From the IMG/VR virus record IMGVR_UViG_2724679172_000007: a DNA stretch of 51,134 nt, one strand, 5' to 3'. Of the stretch, positions 37,597 to 46,784 are shown in pieces. Under the pieces are notes generated by a model. The model did not search any database. It was given only the letters and a program-made list of their open reading frames with translations, and was not told the origin of the DNA. The position numbers and the translations under genes were made by a program. How positions within the stretch are numbered: the stretch's first letter is position 1; the number at the start of each line of letters is the position of its first letter. Source of the stretch: a virus. Its lineage: Duplodnaviria > Heunggongvirae > Uroviricota > Caudoviricetes.

Positions 37597-38523
37597 TTAA
37601 CTAACAATCCAGTCCATAGCAATAACATCCTCTGGAGCTAAATCAATAGCATGGATTTTCCCGTCACGGATGGTGCGCCAGTGCTTTCGTGATCCACCTT
37701 CGGGCCACACCCATATACCTTCAGGCCAGGAAGAACGACGACACACTGTTGCGTATCCAGTCCTGATCTTCTCTCTGACGGTATGTAGTGACAGATTATC
37801 CTTTGGGCTTTCAGGCACAGGATGGTGGATTGCCTGAAACATCCCCATCTTTGGATGATACCAGCGTTTATTGCGTGGTTCTGCCTCCGACATCACCTGC
37901 TTAAAGGCTTTCCGGAAGGGGGCCAGGGCCACAATGGAGCGTCGCGCAAGCAAACCCTCTGGAGTTAAAAACTCATGCGTATCGGTGGGAATCCGGAAAG
38001 CGTTAACCAGGTTGCGACATTTGGCTTCAGTCAGGCCACATTTCGCCGCCAGCTGGCGGTAGCCAATGTAACCTTCCGGCATATTGCCTTTCTTGATTTG
38101 CTCGAGTGTTTCAGCGACCATCGATACTTGTGCTGATACCTCGGCTACCTGGGCATTTACGGCGTTGATCCGGCGTTCATGCTCAAGATGCATTTGCGCC
38201 ATTTCAGCCAGAATTTCGGCTTTTGATTTTAACTGTACCCGGGCATTCTCCAGTTCGCGCCAGCGGTCCACCAGCCGGGCGGTGAATTCGGGAGAGAGCT
38301 GCGCAACGACAATAATGCTGTCTCGTTTGCCTTGCTCGCCTTCGAAGACGTAATAGCTCGCCGGGCGGCCTGCGGTGGGCTTTTCCTCAATTTGAGGAAA
38401 AGATATTACGCCCCGTTCCGCCAGGTGTTCAATGGTGCGTTTAACGTTATCAGGGCGCTTACCTACCAGTTCCGCGATCTCAATGCTGGTCATTGTCGCT
38501 TTTTGAGAGATGGACAGATTCAT
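37597..38523 (-). CDS. Phage regulatory protein, Rha family / antirepressor
   Basis: N-terminal region (MTSIEIAELVGKRPDNVKRTIEHLAERGVISFPQIEE) matches the Rha-domain pattern; C-terminal antirepressor-like domain. Confidence 0.6.
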   Translation of the reverse strand: MNLSISQKATMTSIEIAELVGKRPDNVKRTIEHLAERGVISFPQIEEKPTAGRPASYYVFEGEQGKRDSIIVVAQLSPEFTARLVDRWRELENARVQLKSKAEILAEMAQMHLEHERRINAVNAQVAEVSAQVSMVAETLEQIKKGNMPEGYIGYRQLAAKCGLTEAKCRNLVNAFRIPTDTHEFLTPEGLLARRSIVALAPFRKAFKQVMSEAEPRNKRWYHPKMGMFQAIHHPVPESPKDNLSLHTVREKIRTGYATVCRRSSWPEGIWVWPEGGSRKHWRTIRDGKIHAIDLAPEDVIAMDWIVS

Positions 38524-38738
38524 CAGTGCGCCTCCACGCAGTTCATCGGCAGATTCCAGTAATTGAGGATCTCCATCGCATCAAGAGTGAAGCGAGCAGC
38601 AAAAATGCAGGGTTCTTCGGGAAGGTATGAGCGCGCCTCTGCTTCGGTAGCAGCCATGACGCAGATATACAGGTGTTTTTGGCAGGAATAGAAACGCCAG
38701 ATAAATTCAGAATGAGTTGGGGTAGGGATAGTAGCCAT
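38523..38738 (-). CDS. Hypothetical small protein
   Basis: 71-aa ORF whose stop overlaps the start of the Rha gene. Confidence 0.35.
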   Translation of the reverse strand: MATIPTPTHSEFIWRFYSCQKHLYICVMAATEAEARSYLPEEPCIFAARFTLDAMEILNYWNLPMNCVEAH

Positions 38739-39048
38739 ATTGGCAGCCTCCTTTGACTAAGTTAAGGAGCTACCGCGTGAGGTTCCAATCTCAATGGCGG
38801 TAGCACTGACTGGGTTGGAACTACCGGCGTCAAAGGGAACCGGCCTGCCTTTCGGCAGCCCAGCCAGCACTACCATTGATCTCTGAGCTAAACGCTACGT
38901 ATGGCTGTGCGATGGCATGACACAAAAAAGACGCTTTCGGCGTCTGTGTCGCCTTTGACATTATCCGGGGTTCCAATCCCGGCACCCGTTTTTCTAAGGT
39001 GCCGTAGAAATATACCCCACGATAATGCCAGGGCGCAACAGTCAGTAT

Positions 39049-39216
39049 TTTATGCTTTGGCGGATTTCTTCCGGGCTTGCTTGCAGGCGTAGGCCATTGC
39101 TTTAACTTTCACTTCATCCAGCTTCCCGGTGATCACTTCTTTTCCGGGAGTGACAAACCAGTCATAGCAACCGCCAGTGATGTTCTGGATTTGAAAGTTG
39201 AGGTAGCGAACAGTCA
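39049..39216 (-). CDS. Small ORF (55 aa), hypothetical
   Basis: ATG preceded by SD GGGGGTG; translation MTVRYLNFQIQNITGGCYDWFVTPGKEVITGKLDEVKVKAMAYACKQARKKSAKA; not in the supplied track because it is under 60 aa. Confidence 0.25.
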
Positions 39217-39548
39217 TTTTGACACCCCCGACGCGAGTAAAGAATGCAGATTATCGCGTGAGTGGTGGACGACGAGTGATGGGAAAAGACTGTAGTTGTT
39301 CATAGTGTAGTGACTCCTTGCTTTCGGAGCCGCCATCGACTGTTCCACGGTCTGGTGGCGGCGCAATAAAGGCTGGAACACCGTGAGTCAACGGGGGCTT
39401 TTCAGCCACCTATATTGCACCGCCATAGGTATGACGGCGGCAATAATACGAAAAACTAAACAGTTTGTCTCAAAAAGTTGACCGGTGTGCCAATCGGTAG
39501 TGAATGTACATCGGAGAAATTTACAATTCAACTTAAAATGTTAGAAAA

Positions 39549-40127
39549 TTAATTTATCAATTCAATCGCCATCTGATACAACGTCATTTCATCGGCATTG
39601 TGCCGCATGAAATCTGCTTTTCCGCCTATTTTTCCGTCAGCATGAACAGGGACCAGCCAGGGATATTGTTCTCGGACCTCGGCTGGCGCTGCGTACTGGT
39701 GGTGCCATTTACACAAAGGGAGGACATATTTATGCGCGTTCTCTGCCGTTCTCCCGAAGATATGGTGCAGGGATACCACTGGGCTATGTTGCCCGTGAAT
39801 ATGGCAGGCAATGCAGGGGAGAGCACCGATAGCGGTCTGTATCCGGCGTTCATCGGCTGTGAGTGATCTGCCTTTCAGGCCGCGTGACGTGCGTGTTTTT
39901 TTGGACGGAGCGGATACAGCTTTATCTTTTCTCCGCTGTTCATATTGCTTTGCTTTTTCATTTTTCTTTTGCCGATATTCAGGCGATGCGGCCTTTTCTC
40001 TCGCTCGCTGCTGCTGGCGTTGAGCTTGTTGAAGGCGCTTTGCCCTTTGTTCCTCTCGCCAGGCCGGGTCAGCCAATTTTTGCATGGCTTTTTGTCTCTG
40101 TTTCTCCCAATAACTCTGTTTCTGCAT
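39549..40127 (-). CDS. ref: HNH endonuclease with basic N-terminal region (P1 Ref-like recombination enhancement function)
   Basis: 192 aa; Lys/Arg/Gln-rich N-terminal half, then an HNH-like core (ALPCIACHIHGQHSPVVSLHHIFGRTAENAHKYVLPLCKWHHQ); flanked by operator-like sites. Confidence 0.5.
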   Translation of the reverse strand: MQKQSYWEKQRQKAMQKLADPAWREEQRAKRLQQAQRQQQRAREKAASPEYRQKKNEKAKQYEQRRKDKAVSAPSKKTRTSRGLKGRSLTADERRIQTAIGALPCIACHIHGQHSPVVSLHHIFGRTAENAHKYVLPLCKWHHQYAAPAEVREQYPWLVPVHADGKIGGKADFMRHNADEMTLYQMAIELIN

Positions 40128-40194
40128 GATGGCAGTCTCTTACTTTTCAACGATTTTTCTATGATTGATCAAAATGGTTAGATATTCAAAATTG

Positions 40195-40209
40195 ATTTTC
40201 TAACACAAA
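40195..40209. promoter_or_regulatory. Operator-like site (ATTTTCTAACACAAA) in the divergent ref / DUF4406 promoter region
   Basis: Exact 15-mer shared with the other dispersed sites. Confidence 0.4.
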
Positions 40210-40399
40210 ACATTAATATCATCACTGATAAATGTTTGGAGGACATGATGCTTATAGCTTTAAGTGCGATCCACCAGCCATCTGTGAATGAGATTGGCCT
40301 GTTCTATGTGTTGTTTTTCGGGGCGTTGGCGCTACTTGAGCTTGGTATTGAGCTTTTCGCAGTGCTTATGTTTTGCGTCACGATTTTGGGGAAATTTTG

Positions 40400-41023
40400 A
40401 TGGTGAAACGTGTTTTGAAAATTTACATCGCGGGGCCGATGACTGGTTATCCAGACTACAACCGTGCGGCGTTTAATGCGAAAGCGAGCGAGCTGATGTC
40501 TGAAGGGCATATCGTTCTGAATCCAGCTGTGTTACCTGGTGGCCTTTGCCAGAGTGAATACATGGATATTTGCCTGGCAATGGTGCGTTCTGCTGATGCG
40601 ATCTATCTGCTCAATCAATGGGAAGAATCGGTTGGTGCTCGCGCAGAGCACGCGCTGGCTGAAAAGCTGGGGCTGACTGTAATTTATGAGTCACAAACCA
40701 ACATTGAATGCCAGGTTGCTCCGCATATTTACCGTGAACTGGTAAATGCGTTACGTGATGTTGCTATTGAATGTCACGGCACGGATCAGCTTCGCGCCCG
40801 CTTAAGCAAAACCCTTTCCAGTTACCTGTCTTTGGTTGAAGGATACAACCTCCGGCAGCGGAGAATGGTCAAATTAATCACGCGTTTATCTCAATCCCTG
40901 GCAAATGCCGAACCAACTAATCCGCTACCTAATGACGCAATGAATTATCTGAAGTCATGCGGCGTTGTTTCTGAAGATGCAGTTCGTTTTGTGGAGTTTA
41001 TGTCTCAGAGGATGTCAGCGTGA
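40400..41023 (+). CDS. DUF4406-like (nucleoside 2-deoxyribosyltransferase-like fold) protein with C-terminal extension
   Basis: N-terminus VLKIYIAGPMTGYPDYN matches the signature of the DUF4406 family as recalled; start set at the ATG at 40400 after a GGGGAAA SD. Confidence 0.45.
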   Translation: MVKRVLKIYIAGPMTGYPDYNRAAFNAKASELMSEGHIVLNPAVLPGGLCQSEYMDICLAMVRSADAIYLLNQWEESVGARAEHALAEKLGLTVIYESQTNIECQVAPHIYRELVNALRDVAIECHGTDQLRARLSKTLSSYLSLVEGYNLRQRRMVKLITRLSQSLANAEPTNPLPNDAMNYLKSCGVVSEDAVRFVEFMSQRMSA

Positions 41024-41337
41024 GCTGGCGGGGATGGGGAAGGGCGGAAATCATGATACTCCGCCAGTGCGCCGGGACTATGACAGTCGTGAGTATTGGG
41101 AGGCTGATCGGGCGTACCGGTAGTGCTGTCAGAACCAAAGCGCGGCAACTGCGGATCTGCATGATTCTGAAAGGAGACTTTCACCCGTCAGCCAAATACC
41201 GGCAGGGCGATATAGAACTGGCACGGCAGCTTCATCGGTGTGGTGTTCCCCGCCGTGAGATCGCAGAAAAACTCGAAATGCCCTTGAGCATGATTAATCA
41301 GTACGTTTATTTCGAAAGGAGAGTACATGAAGTCTGA
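41020..41337 (+). CDS. Small putative DNA-binding protein (HTH-like)
   Basis: 105 aa, start overlaps the upstream stop; two helix-turn-helix-like segments. Confidence 0.35.
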   Translation: MSWRGWGRAEIMILRQCAGTMTVVSIGRLIGRTGSAVRTKARQLRICMILKGDFHPSAKYRQGDIELARQLHRCGVPRREIAEKLEMPLSMINQYVYFERRVHEV

Positions 41338-41815
41338 AGGTTTAACGCCAGCACAACTGGCAGAGCGTAACGCTGAGTATGTAACGGAAATTTCCCGACT
41401 TGAGAAAGAACGCTCGGCGCTGGCGGCGGAGAATGCTGGGCTGAAACATGCAATGGCTGTAACTCTTGAGCATGTGTCGGTCACGGATGCAGGGCAGGCC
41501 GGAGTTGCTGCAATGATTATCAACGATGCCCTGCACCACAGCGAAACTCCAGCCACCGATGCTTTTCTGGCTGAAATTCGTGCGGAGGCTCGCAACGAGG
41601 GGATTAACTATACCGCAAGCCGTCTTGCTGCTGCTTTCAACCACGGATTTATCAATAAGTCTTTACGTGAAGTTTTCGACGTTACACGCATGATTCTGTC
41701 AGCGAAAGAAGAGTTGGCTAATGAACCGCACCCGATTGATGGCCTGTCCGGTGAATATGCGGAGAAATCCCTTGAAGAATGGGCGGAACAGATTCGCAAA
41801 GGAGCTGACAAGTGA
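41327..41815 (+). CDS. Ea22-like family paralogue (shares central module with the 46781..47401 gene)
   Basis: Central segment ALAAENAGLKHAMAVTLEHVSVTDAGQAGVAAMIINDALHHSETPATDAFLAE is nearly identical at protein level to the paralogue at 46781; C-terminal EQIRKG tail. Confidence 0.45.
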   Translation: MKSEGLTPAQLAERNAEYVTEISRLEKERSALAAENAGLKHAMAVTLEHVSVTDAGQAGVAAMIINDALHHSETPATDAFLAEIRAEARNEGINYTASRLAAAFNHGFINKSLREVFDVTRMILSAKEELANEPHPIDGLSGEYAEKSLEEWAEQIRKGADK

Positions 41816-42222
41816 AGAAGATGATTTTTGTCGCGGCATTGTTGGTGAATATCCAACAAGTGCATGCTTCAGCAGCTATTGTAGCCTCTACCGCCGCGAC
41901 TACGGCTGCTGTAGCTGCTGCGAACTCTGCGAATATCGCAAACCAACAGGCACAGCGTGCTGCTAATGCATCAGCCAGCGTTCACTCAATCACCATTAAG
42001 AGCAGTAAGCAAAATCTGGGATTCATAACGTGCGGCACGCGTTCTAATGAAGCTGTAGGTTCACTTGGATGTACGGTATATGGGGGTAGTGAGAATAGAG
42101 AAATTCCATGGAAAACGTGGCCCGGATACGTTCTTGGCTCGAAGCTCCCGGCCAGTTATGAAGTAAACGCCGTATCGTTTGATCACTATAACGGCGTGGC
42201 AACGGTCTATTTTGCATATTGA
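41812..42222 (+). CDS. Small secreted protein (signal peptide)
   Basis: Signal-peptide-like N-terminus (MKKMIFVAALLVNIQQVHASAAIVAS); start overlaps the upstream stop. Confidence 0.4.
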   Translation: MKKMIFVAALLVNIQQVHASAAIVASTAATTAAVAAANSANIANQQAQRAANASASVHSITIKSSKQNLGFITCGTRSNEAVGSLGCTVYGGSENREIPWKTWPGYVLGSKLPASYEVNAVSFDHYNGVATVYFAY

Positions 42223-42230
42223 GGCTCCGC

Positions 42231-43031
42231 ATGAAATTCTCCAAATTTTCTGAGTTGGTGAATCGTATTTTGTTGAATCGTATTTTGTCCAACAACCACA
42301 GCCATCGTCGCGATATGGATGTAACGATCGTTGTTCATTCGCCTGGCAGCATTGGTTCAACACCCTCAGTTGAGGTTCAGTCAATTCACGCTGGTTTTGA
42401 TTGGGATTCCGGGAAAGTGCTGATTTTCCCAGCACAGCCACTGACCACGCTAACACCAGAACAGATTACTGATATTACTGATAGTGTGCGCAAAGGTCAG
42501 TCCTGGCACGCATATCAGGAATACAAGAAGCATCAAGAGCAGTTGGAAAAATTATCGATTGAACTTGATACCGCAAAACAGCGCATTGCAGAGCTGGAGG
42601 GTAATCGCGCGGCGCTGGCTGCGGAGAATGCGAGACTGAAGGCGATATGTGAGGATCGCCGCACGTTCATTATGAATGGCGTGCAGCTTGGTTTTATCAA
42701 GGTGCCAACAGTGGAAATAGATCCAGCTCTTGAAACAATTCGTATCGCCCTATCACCACAAAAAACCACTCCTGCGACCGACACTTTCCTGGATGAAGTG
42801 AAGACTGAAGCACGCAAGGAGGGCGCTTACTTTGTGGCGAATAGAATGCTGGCTGCCTGGGAAGCTGGTTTTATTGATGATACTGCGAAGAACGCCGCGG
42901 ATATTGCCCGGATGATTCTTACCTCTACTGAGTTTATGGCTAATGCGCGGGAAGGCGATTTTGACCGCTCATTCTCTGATGGTGTTCTCGAAGATATCGC
43001 TGAACAGCTTCGCAAAGGAGGCAGCCAGTGA
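42231..43031 (+). CDS. Ea22-like family paralogue
   Basis: Start at the ATG at 42231 after a GAGG SD; central coiled-coil (LEKLSIELDTAKQRIAELEGNRAALAAENARLKA) and C-terminal AEQLRKGGSQ tail shared with the family. Confidence 0.45.
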   Translation: MKFSKFSELVNRILLNRILSNNHSHRRDMDVTIVVHSPGSIGSTPSVEVQSIHAGFDWDSGKVLIFPAQPLTTLTPEQITDITDSVRKGQSWHAYQEYKKHQEQLEKLSIELDTAKQRIAELEGNRAALAAENARLKAICEDRRTFIMNGVQLGFIKVPTVEIDPALETIRIALSPQKTTPATDTFLDEVKTEARKEGAYFVANRMLAAWEAGFIDDTAKNAADIARMILTSTEFMANAREGDFDRSFSDGVLEDIAEQLRKGGSQ

Positions 43032-43669
43032 GCGAGCTTTACTATCAGACGTTACGTGAACGTTTTTCACCGAAACCAGCGCCTAAATGCTCTGTTTGTG
43101 GCGAGGAAATGTCAATGCAGCGCATATCTGGATCACATGTTGTTTATGCCTGTTCCGGCATGGAGGACGACGGATGCTTCAAAACTGGACGAACTTATGC
43201 TGACGAGCATTACAAAAAATCGCGCATAACAGTAGTTGATGATAGCGATCCTGATGTGATTGAACTGCTGGAAGAGAACATGGAGATGGCTCTAACGCTT
43301 GAGAAGCTGCGTGTTGAGCTGGAGGCTGCTAAACAGCGTATTGCCGAATATGAAAGCAATTGCGGGGCGATGGTGGCGGAATGCCAAAGCAAAAAAGCAG
43401 CACTTGAGGCAATTCTTAGCCATTGCCCAATTAATCATCCAGATATAGACATCGCATGTATAGCGAACATCGCTCATAACGAATTAGGCGAGGCGAAAAG
43501 CACTACATCTAAGGCATACCTTGTAGAAATACAGGCACAAGGGGTGGAGGCATTCGCTTTGACGATGCGCGATACCGGAGATGATCCATTTTTTGATTCC
43601 GTTGCTTCTGCTTGCGCGGATGCAGCTGATAGGTTCGCTGACCAGCTTCGAAAAGGAGGCAAACAGTGA
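43028..43669 (+). CDS. Ea22-like family paralogue with N-terminal Cys-rich zinc-ribbon-like segment
   Basis: GTG start overlapping the upstream stop (GTGA); LEKLRVELEAAKQRIAEYESN coiled-coil; C-terminal ADQLRKGGKQ. Confidence 0.45.
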   Translation: MSELYYQTLRERFSPKPAPKCSVCGEEMSMQRISGSHVVYACSGMEDDGCFKTGRTYADEHYKKSRITVVDDSDPDVIELLEENMEMALTLEKLRVELEAAKQRIAEYESNCGAMVAECQSKKAALEAILSHCPINHPDIDIACIANIAHNELGEAKSTTSKAYLVEIQAQGVEAFALTMRDTGDDPFFDSVASACADAADRFADQLRKGGKQ

Positions 43670-43914
43670 GTAATACCGCACGACTACAGCTTGGTTTTTC
43701 ACCGCTATCAAAAACCATCGTGTTGGCAAAAATGCGTGACTTAGGGGATGGAACAAAACGTCGTGTCGGCAATGATCGCGGTCGTGATGTAACCAACGAG
43801 GCCGCACAACTCGTTTGGCATCTAGTCATGGCTGAAGGCGGTGAAATTAATTGGGAGCTGGATGATGGTTCTCGCATGGTATTAAAGGCAGAAAAGCAGG
43901 AGCCACCACAGTGA
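43666..43914 (+). CDS. Hypothetical small protein
   Basis: 82-aa ORF translationally coupled to its neighbours. Confidence 0.35.
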   Translation: MSNTARLQLGFSPLSKTIVLAKMRDLGDGTKRRVGNDRGRDVTNEAAQLVWHLVMAEGGEINWELDDGSRMVLKAEKQEPPQ

Positions 43915-44219
43915 ATATCGACACCACGATAACGATCGATACGGCCCTAAATACCGGTCTGGCACTTCTCGGTTGGCTTTACATCATGTCCCGTACCTGG
44001 CGATGGCTGGGTTCCATTTTCCTAAAAGAGTGGAAAAAACGGCGCAAACAGGAACTACGCCAGAAGGCATTAGAAGCGTTCTATGACGCATTTGAACTTA
44101 GCCGCATTGAACCAGGCACAACAGCCAGAATAGCGATAAAAGGCGACCTGATGATAGTGATGTTCAGACAGGAGAAACCAAATGACAGAACAGACGATGA
44201 CAAATCGCGAACTTGTTGA
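43911..44219 (+). CDS. Hypothetical small membrane protein
   Basis: 102 aa with a hydrophobic N-terminal segment (LNTGLALLGWLYIM); the C-terminal part carries the EPGTTARIAIKGDLMIVMFRQEK module. Confidence 0.35.
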   Translation: MNIDTTITIDTALNTGLALLGWLYIMSRTWRWLGSIFLKEWKKRRKQELRQKALEAFYDAFELSRIEPGTTARIAIKGDLMIVMFRQEKPNDRTDDDKSRTC

Positions 44220-44406
44220 TGCCGCGATTGAACTTGCTGGCGATTTTTATTCCATGATGGGTTACGAGCATCGACCTGGTTTTAAGTATTGGGAGTCACC
44301 GCATCCGCAAGAACAACAGGTGTTTGAAATGGCCTGCCGTGCTTTTGAGGTTATTCGCGGTTCTGATGTGATGGAGGCCGTTGCCGACTTGGAGGATGAA
44401 GAGTGA
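44182..44406 (+). CDS. Hypothetical small protein
   Basis: 74-aa acidic ORF. Confidence 0.35.
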   Translation: MTEQTMTNRELVDAAIELAGDFYSMMGYEHRPGFKYWESPHPQEQQVFEMACRAFEVIRGSDVMEAVADLEDEE

Positions 44407-44714
44407 GCATCATTAAAGAAATGCCGGTAGAACGTGATGAATATGGCTGCTGGACACATCCGGAGTATGAGAAGTTTTGCGCAGGTCGTGAATATATTTC
44501 CACTGAGGAATTTGACGCCTGGATGAAGGAAAATAATCTTCAGTGGACTATTCGCAGTATGGATGAAGATGATTTTGATCTGGACGCAGCTGGTCCCGAT
44601 ATTGCCGCCTGGGAACCGGAGCGACCAGAGGGTGAAGGCTGGTTTGTTGGCTCTATTCATGACACTGAAGATGGTCCAGTTTGTATCTGGCTGCGGGAGA
44701 AGGTTGCCGCATGA
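44403..44714 (+). CDS. Hypothetical small protein
   Basis: 103-aa acidic ORF; its stop overlaps the phosphatase start. Confidence 0.4.
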   Translation: MSIIKEMPVERDEYGCWTHPEYEKFCAGREYISTEEFDAWMKENNLQWTIRSMDEDDFDLDAAGPDIAAWEPERPEGEGWFVGSIHDTEDGPVCIWLREKVAA

Positions 44715-45403
44715 TCCAGACTATGCATGAAGTGAATTTATATAGCCGTATTGATGGTTCTGGCTACAGAAACATATGGGTTGTTGGTGATCTGCATGGT
44801 TGCTACACCAGACTGATGTCCGAACTCCATCGTGTGGATTTTGACCCGGCGCAGGATTTACTGATATCGGTTGGCGACCTTATCGATCGCGGTACTGAAA
44901 ATGTCGAATGTCTGGAACTATTGCAGATGCCCTGGTTCAGGGCAGTAATGGGGAACCATGAGCGGTTGATGCTTGATGCGTTAAGTCCTGATGGCAACGT
45001 GAATAACTGGCTAATTAATGGCGGACAATGGTTCTTCATGCTGGGCACTGATCAGGAAATATTAGCCAAGGCGCTGGTGGAGCTGGTAAAGCGTCTGCCA
45101 TATATCATTGAGTTGAACACCGGGCATGAAACTATCGTTATAGCCCATGCCGACTATCCAGGTGGAGAGTACCAGTTCGGTAAGGATGTGTCGTTTTTTG
45201 ATGTTGTCTGGTCGCGCAGTCGCGTCGGTGATTCGATAGATGGCATTGGTGGAGAAATCACAGGCGCAGATCGCTTTATCTTTGGGCACACACCGGTACG
45301 AAGACCAAAAGCATACTGGAATCAGCACTACATAGACACGGGCGCGGTTTTTTGCGGAAATCTGACGCTAATGCAGGTGAAGGGAGGGCAGCTTAAAGTC
45401 TGA
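44711..45403 (+). CDS. Serine/threonine protein phosphatase (lambda PPase/PrpA-like metallophosphatase)
   Basis: Metallophosphatase motifs GDLHG, GDLIDRG and GNHE; about 230 aa; ATG overlaps the upstream stop (ATGA). Confidence 0.75.
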   Translation: MIQTMHEVNLYSRIDGSGYRNIWVVGDLHGCYTRLMSELHRVDFDPAQDLLISVGDLIDRGTENVECLELLQMPWFRAVMGNHERLMLDALSPDGNVNNWLINGGQWFFMLGTDQEILAKALVELVKRLPYIIELNTGHETIVIAHADYPGGEYQFGKDVSFFDVVWSRSRVGDSIDGIGGEITGADRFIFGHTPVRRPKAYWNQHYIDTGAVFCGNLTLMQVKGGQLKV

Positions 45404-45444
45404 TCAAATCATTTACGCACTCAAATCACGTTAGAACATTGATT

Positions 45445-45460
45445 TTAGTTTTCTAACATA
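45445..45460. promoter_or_regulatory. Operator-like site (TTAGTTTTCTAACATA) with a partial inverted copy at 45430-45436
   Basis: Same motif family as 18021, 27901 and 40195; lies between the phosphatase gene and the 45501 gene. Confidence 0.35.
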
Positions 45461-45500
45461 TTATTTTACCGATCGGAACAAAACAGAGTCGGTATGCATT

Positions 45501-46496
45501 ATGAGTGCAATAATCACCCCATATGTCGTAAATGAAACTGGTGTGGCTGTCTTTCCTGTAGATAAGCCCACCAGCAATTACATCGGCGCAGGACGCCGTT
45601 TTCTTATATCCCCATTGCCGCGTGAACAGGCTGAAAACACCCCTGATGGTGTCGTTGACCTGAATTATTCACTGGTTGCCAACCAGTCACTGGCACCCTT
45701 TTTTCAAAGTGAGCGTGTATTTAACGCGTTAGGTGGTGAGGATTCTCTCGTTCACTGGGTTAGCACCAACATTCACGATTGCCAGGCGCATGATAAGCGC
45801 GATTGCAGCCACCAGCTAACCACCCATTTCTATAACGGTTCTGCCGTTCGCCTGTGCTGGAAGCATGATGCGGAATACATGATGAAGGGGTACAGCAAGC
45901 TGGAAGACCAACTGTCACTGAATCGCGCCAACTGGGTTATGAACTGGGCTGCCAGCGAGTTAAAACTTCCGCCAGAACGCGATCTGAGCATGGTTGAACT
46001 CACCTTTTGGGCTATTCGACGCAATCTTAAAGACGAGCTACCTGATGAAGCTGGTCGCATTGCATTTTGTCAGCCAAAAACTGAAATCCCTACCGGTACG
46101 CTGAAAGAATCAGATATCACCTGGGAGCGCAGTACGCGCGAGCTGGTGGACATAACCGCAGAGCAGATCGTCAACCTGTCTGTAGATGAGGATTCTGGCC
46201 TCCTATATATGCGCCGTCCAAAAACCTTACTCGGAAAAAGCCCGGCTTATCTCCGGTTTGTGGTGTCTCGCCCGTGTGTAGGCTGCGGCGGCAAGGTTAA
46301 TCACCCGTTCATGTACCGCGCTCGCTCGTTAAACGAACACGACCGCTGGGCTGTTCCTCTTTGCGATGAATGCGCCAGAAGCGCGGAAATTGATGTCCGG
46401 GCATGGGAAAAGGCACATGGCATACGCCTCTACGTTGCCGCCAACCAGCTTTTCGATTTCGCCATCGAGCGCGGAGTGATCACGTTTAATAACTGA
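45501..46496 (+). CDS. Hypothetical protein with C-terminal Cys cluster (CVGCGG ... CDEC)
   Basis: 331-aa ORF downstream of an operator-like site. Confidence 0.45.
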   Translation: MSAIITPYVVNETGVAVFPVDKPTSNYIGAGRRFLISPLPREQAENTPDGVVDLNYSLVANQSLAPFFQSERVFNALGGEDSLVHWVSTNIHDCQAHDKRDCSHQLTTHFYNGSAVRLCWKHDAEYMMKGYSKLEDQLSLNRANWVMNWAASELKLPPERDLSMVELTFWAIRRNLKDELPDEAGRIAFCQPKTEIPTGTLKESDITWERSTRELVDITAEQIVNLSVDEDSGLLYMRRPKTLLGKSPAYLRFVVSRPCVGCGGKVNHPFMYRARSLNEHDRWAVPLCDECARSAEIDVRAWEKAHGIRLYVAANQLFDFAIERGVITFNN

Positions 46497-46592
46497 TTGG
46501 GATAAAGGCATGAGCATGGAGCCAGGCGGCACCATCCGCATTGCTACAAAGGGAGGCCTGGTAATCATGATGTATCGGAAGGAGGAAGCCAA

Positions 46593-46784
46593 ATGAATAA
46601 AGCCTCACCAGCAGAGTTAAGAGCAAGTCTAGAGATGGCGCATAGCCTTGCTCAAATTGGAGTCAGGTTTGTACCAATTCCAGTTGAAACAGACGAAGAA
46701 TTTCAAAGGTTAGCGGCATCTGCAGCACAAAAGCTGGAAATCATGGCAGCGAAAGCAGAGAAAGCGGAAGGAGGCAGACAGTGA
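46593..46784 (+). CDS. Hypothetical small protein
   Basis: 63-aa ORF preceded by SD GGAGGAAG; stop overlaps the next gene's start. Confidence 0.35.
   Translation: MNKASPAELRASLEMAHSLAQIGVRFVPIPVETDEEFQRLAASAAQKLEIMAAKAEKAEGGRQ

Noticed and set aside
38955-38995. tRNA-like T-arm (ccggg-gttccaat-cccgg) suggesting a tRNA gene or tRNA-derived att site
   Set aside because: No complementary acceptor-stem 5' strand, D-arm or anticodon arm could be found upstream, and the T-loop has a pyrimidine at the usual purine position; more likely a simple terminator-like hairpin.
39077-39295. 72-aa plus-strand ORF in the ref-proximal intergenic region
   Set aside because: No ribosome-binding site and it overlaps a better-supported minus-strand small ORF (39049..39216); likely spurious.
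38739-39548. Retron-like ncRNA (msr/msd) in the structured noncoding region
   Set aside because: No reverse transcriptase gene is present anywhere in the window, and no flanking a1/a2 inverted repeats were identified.
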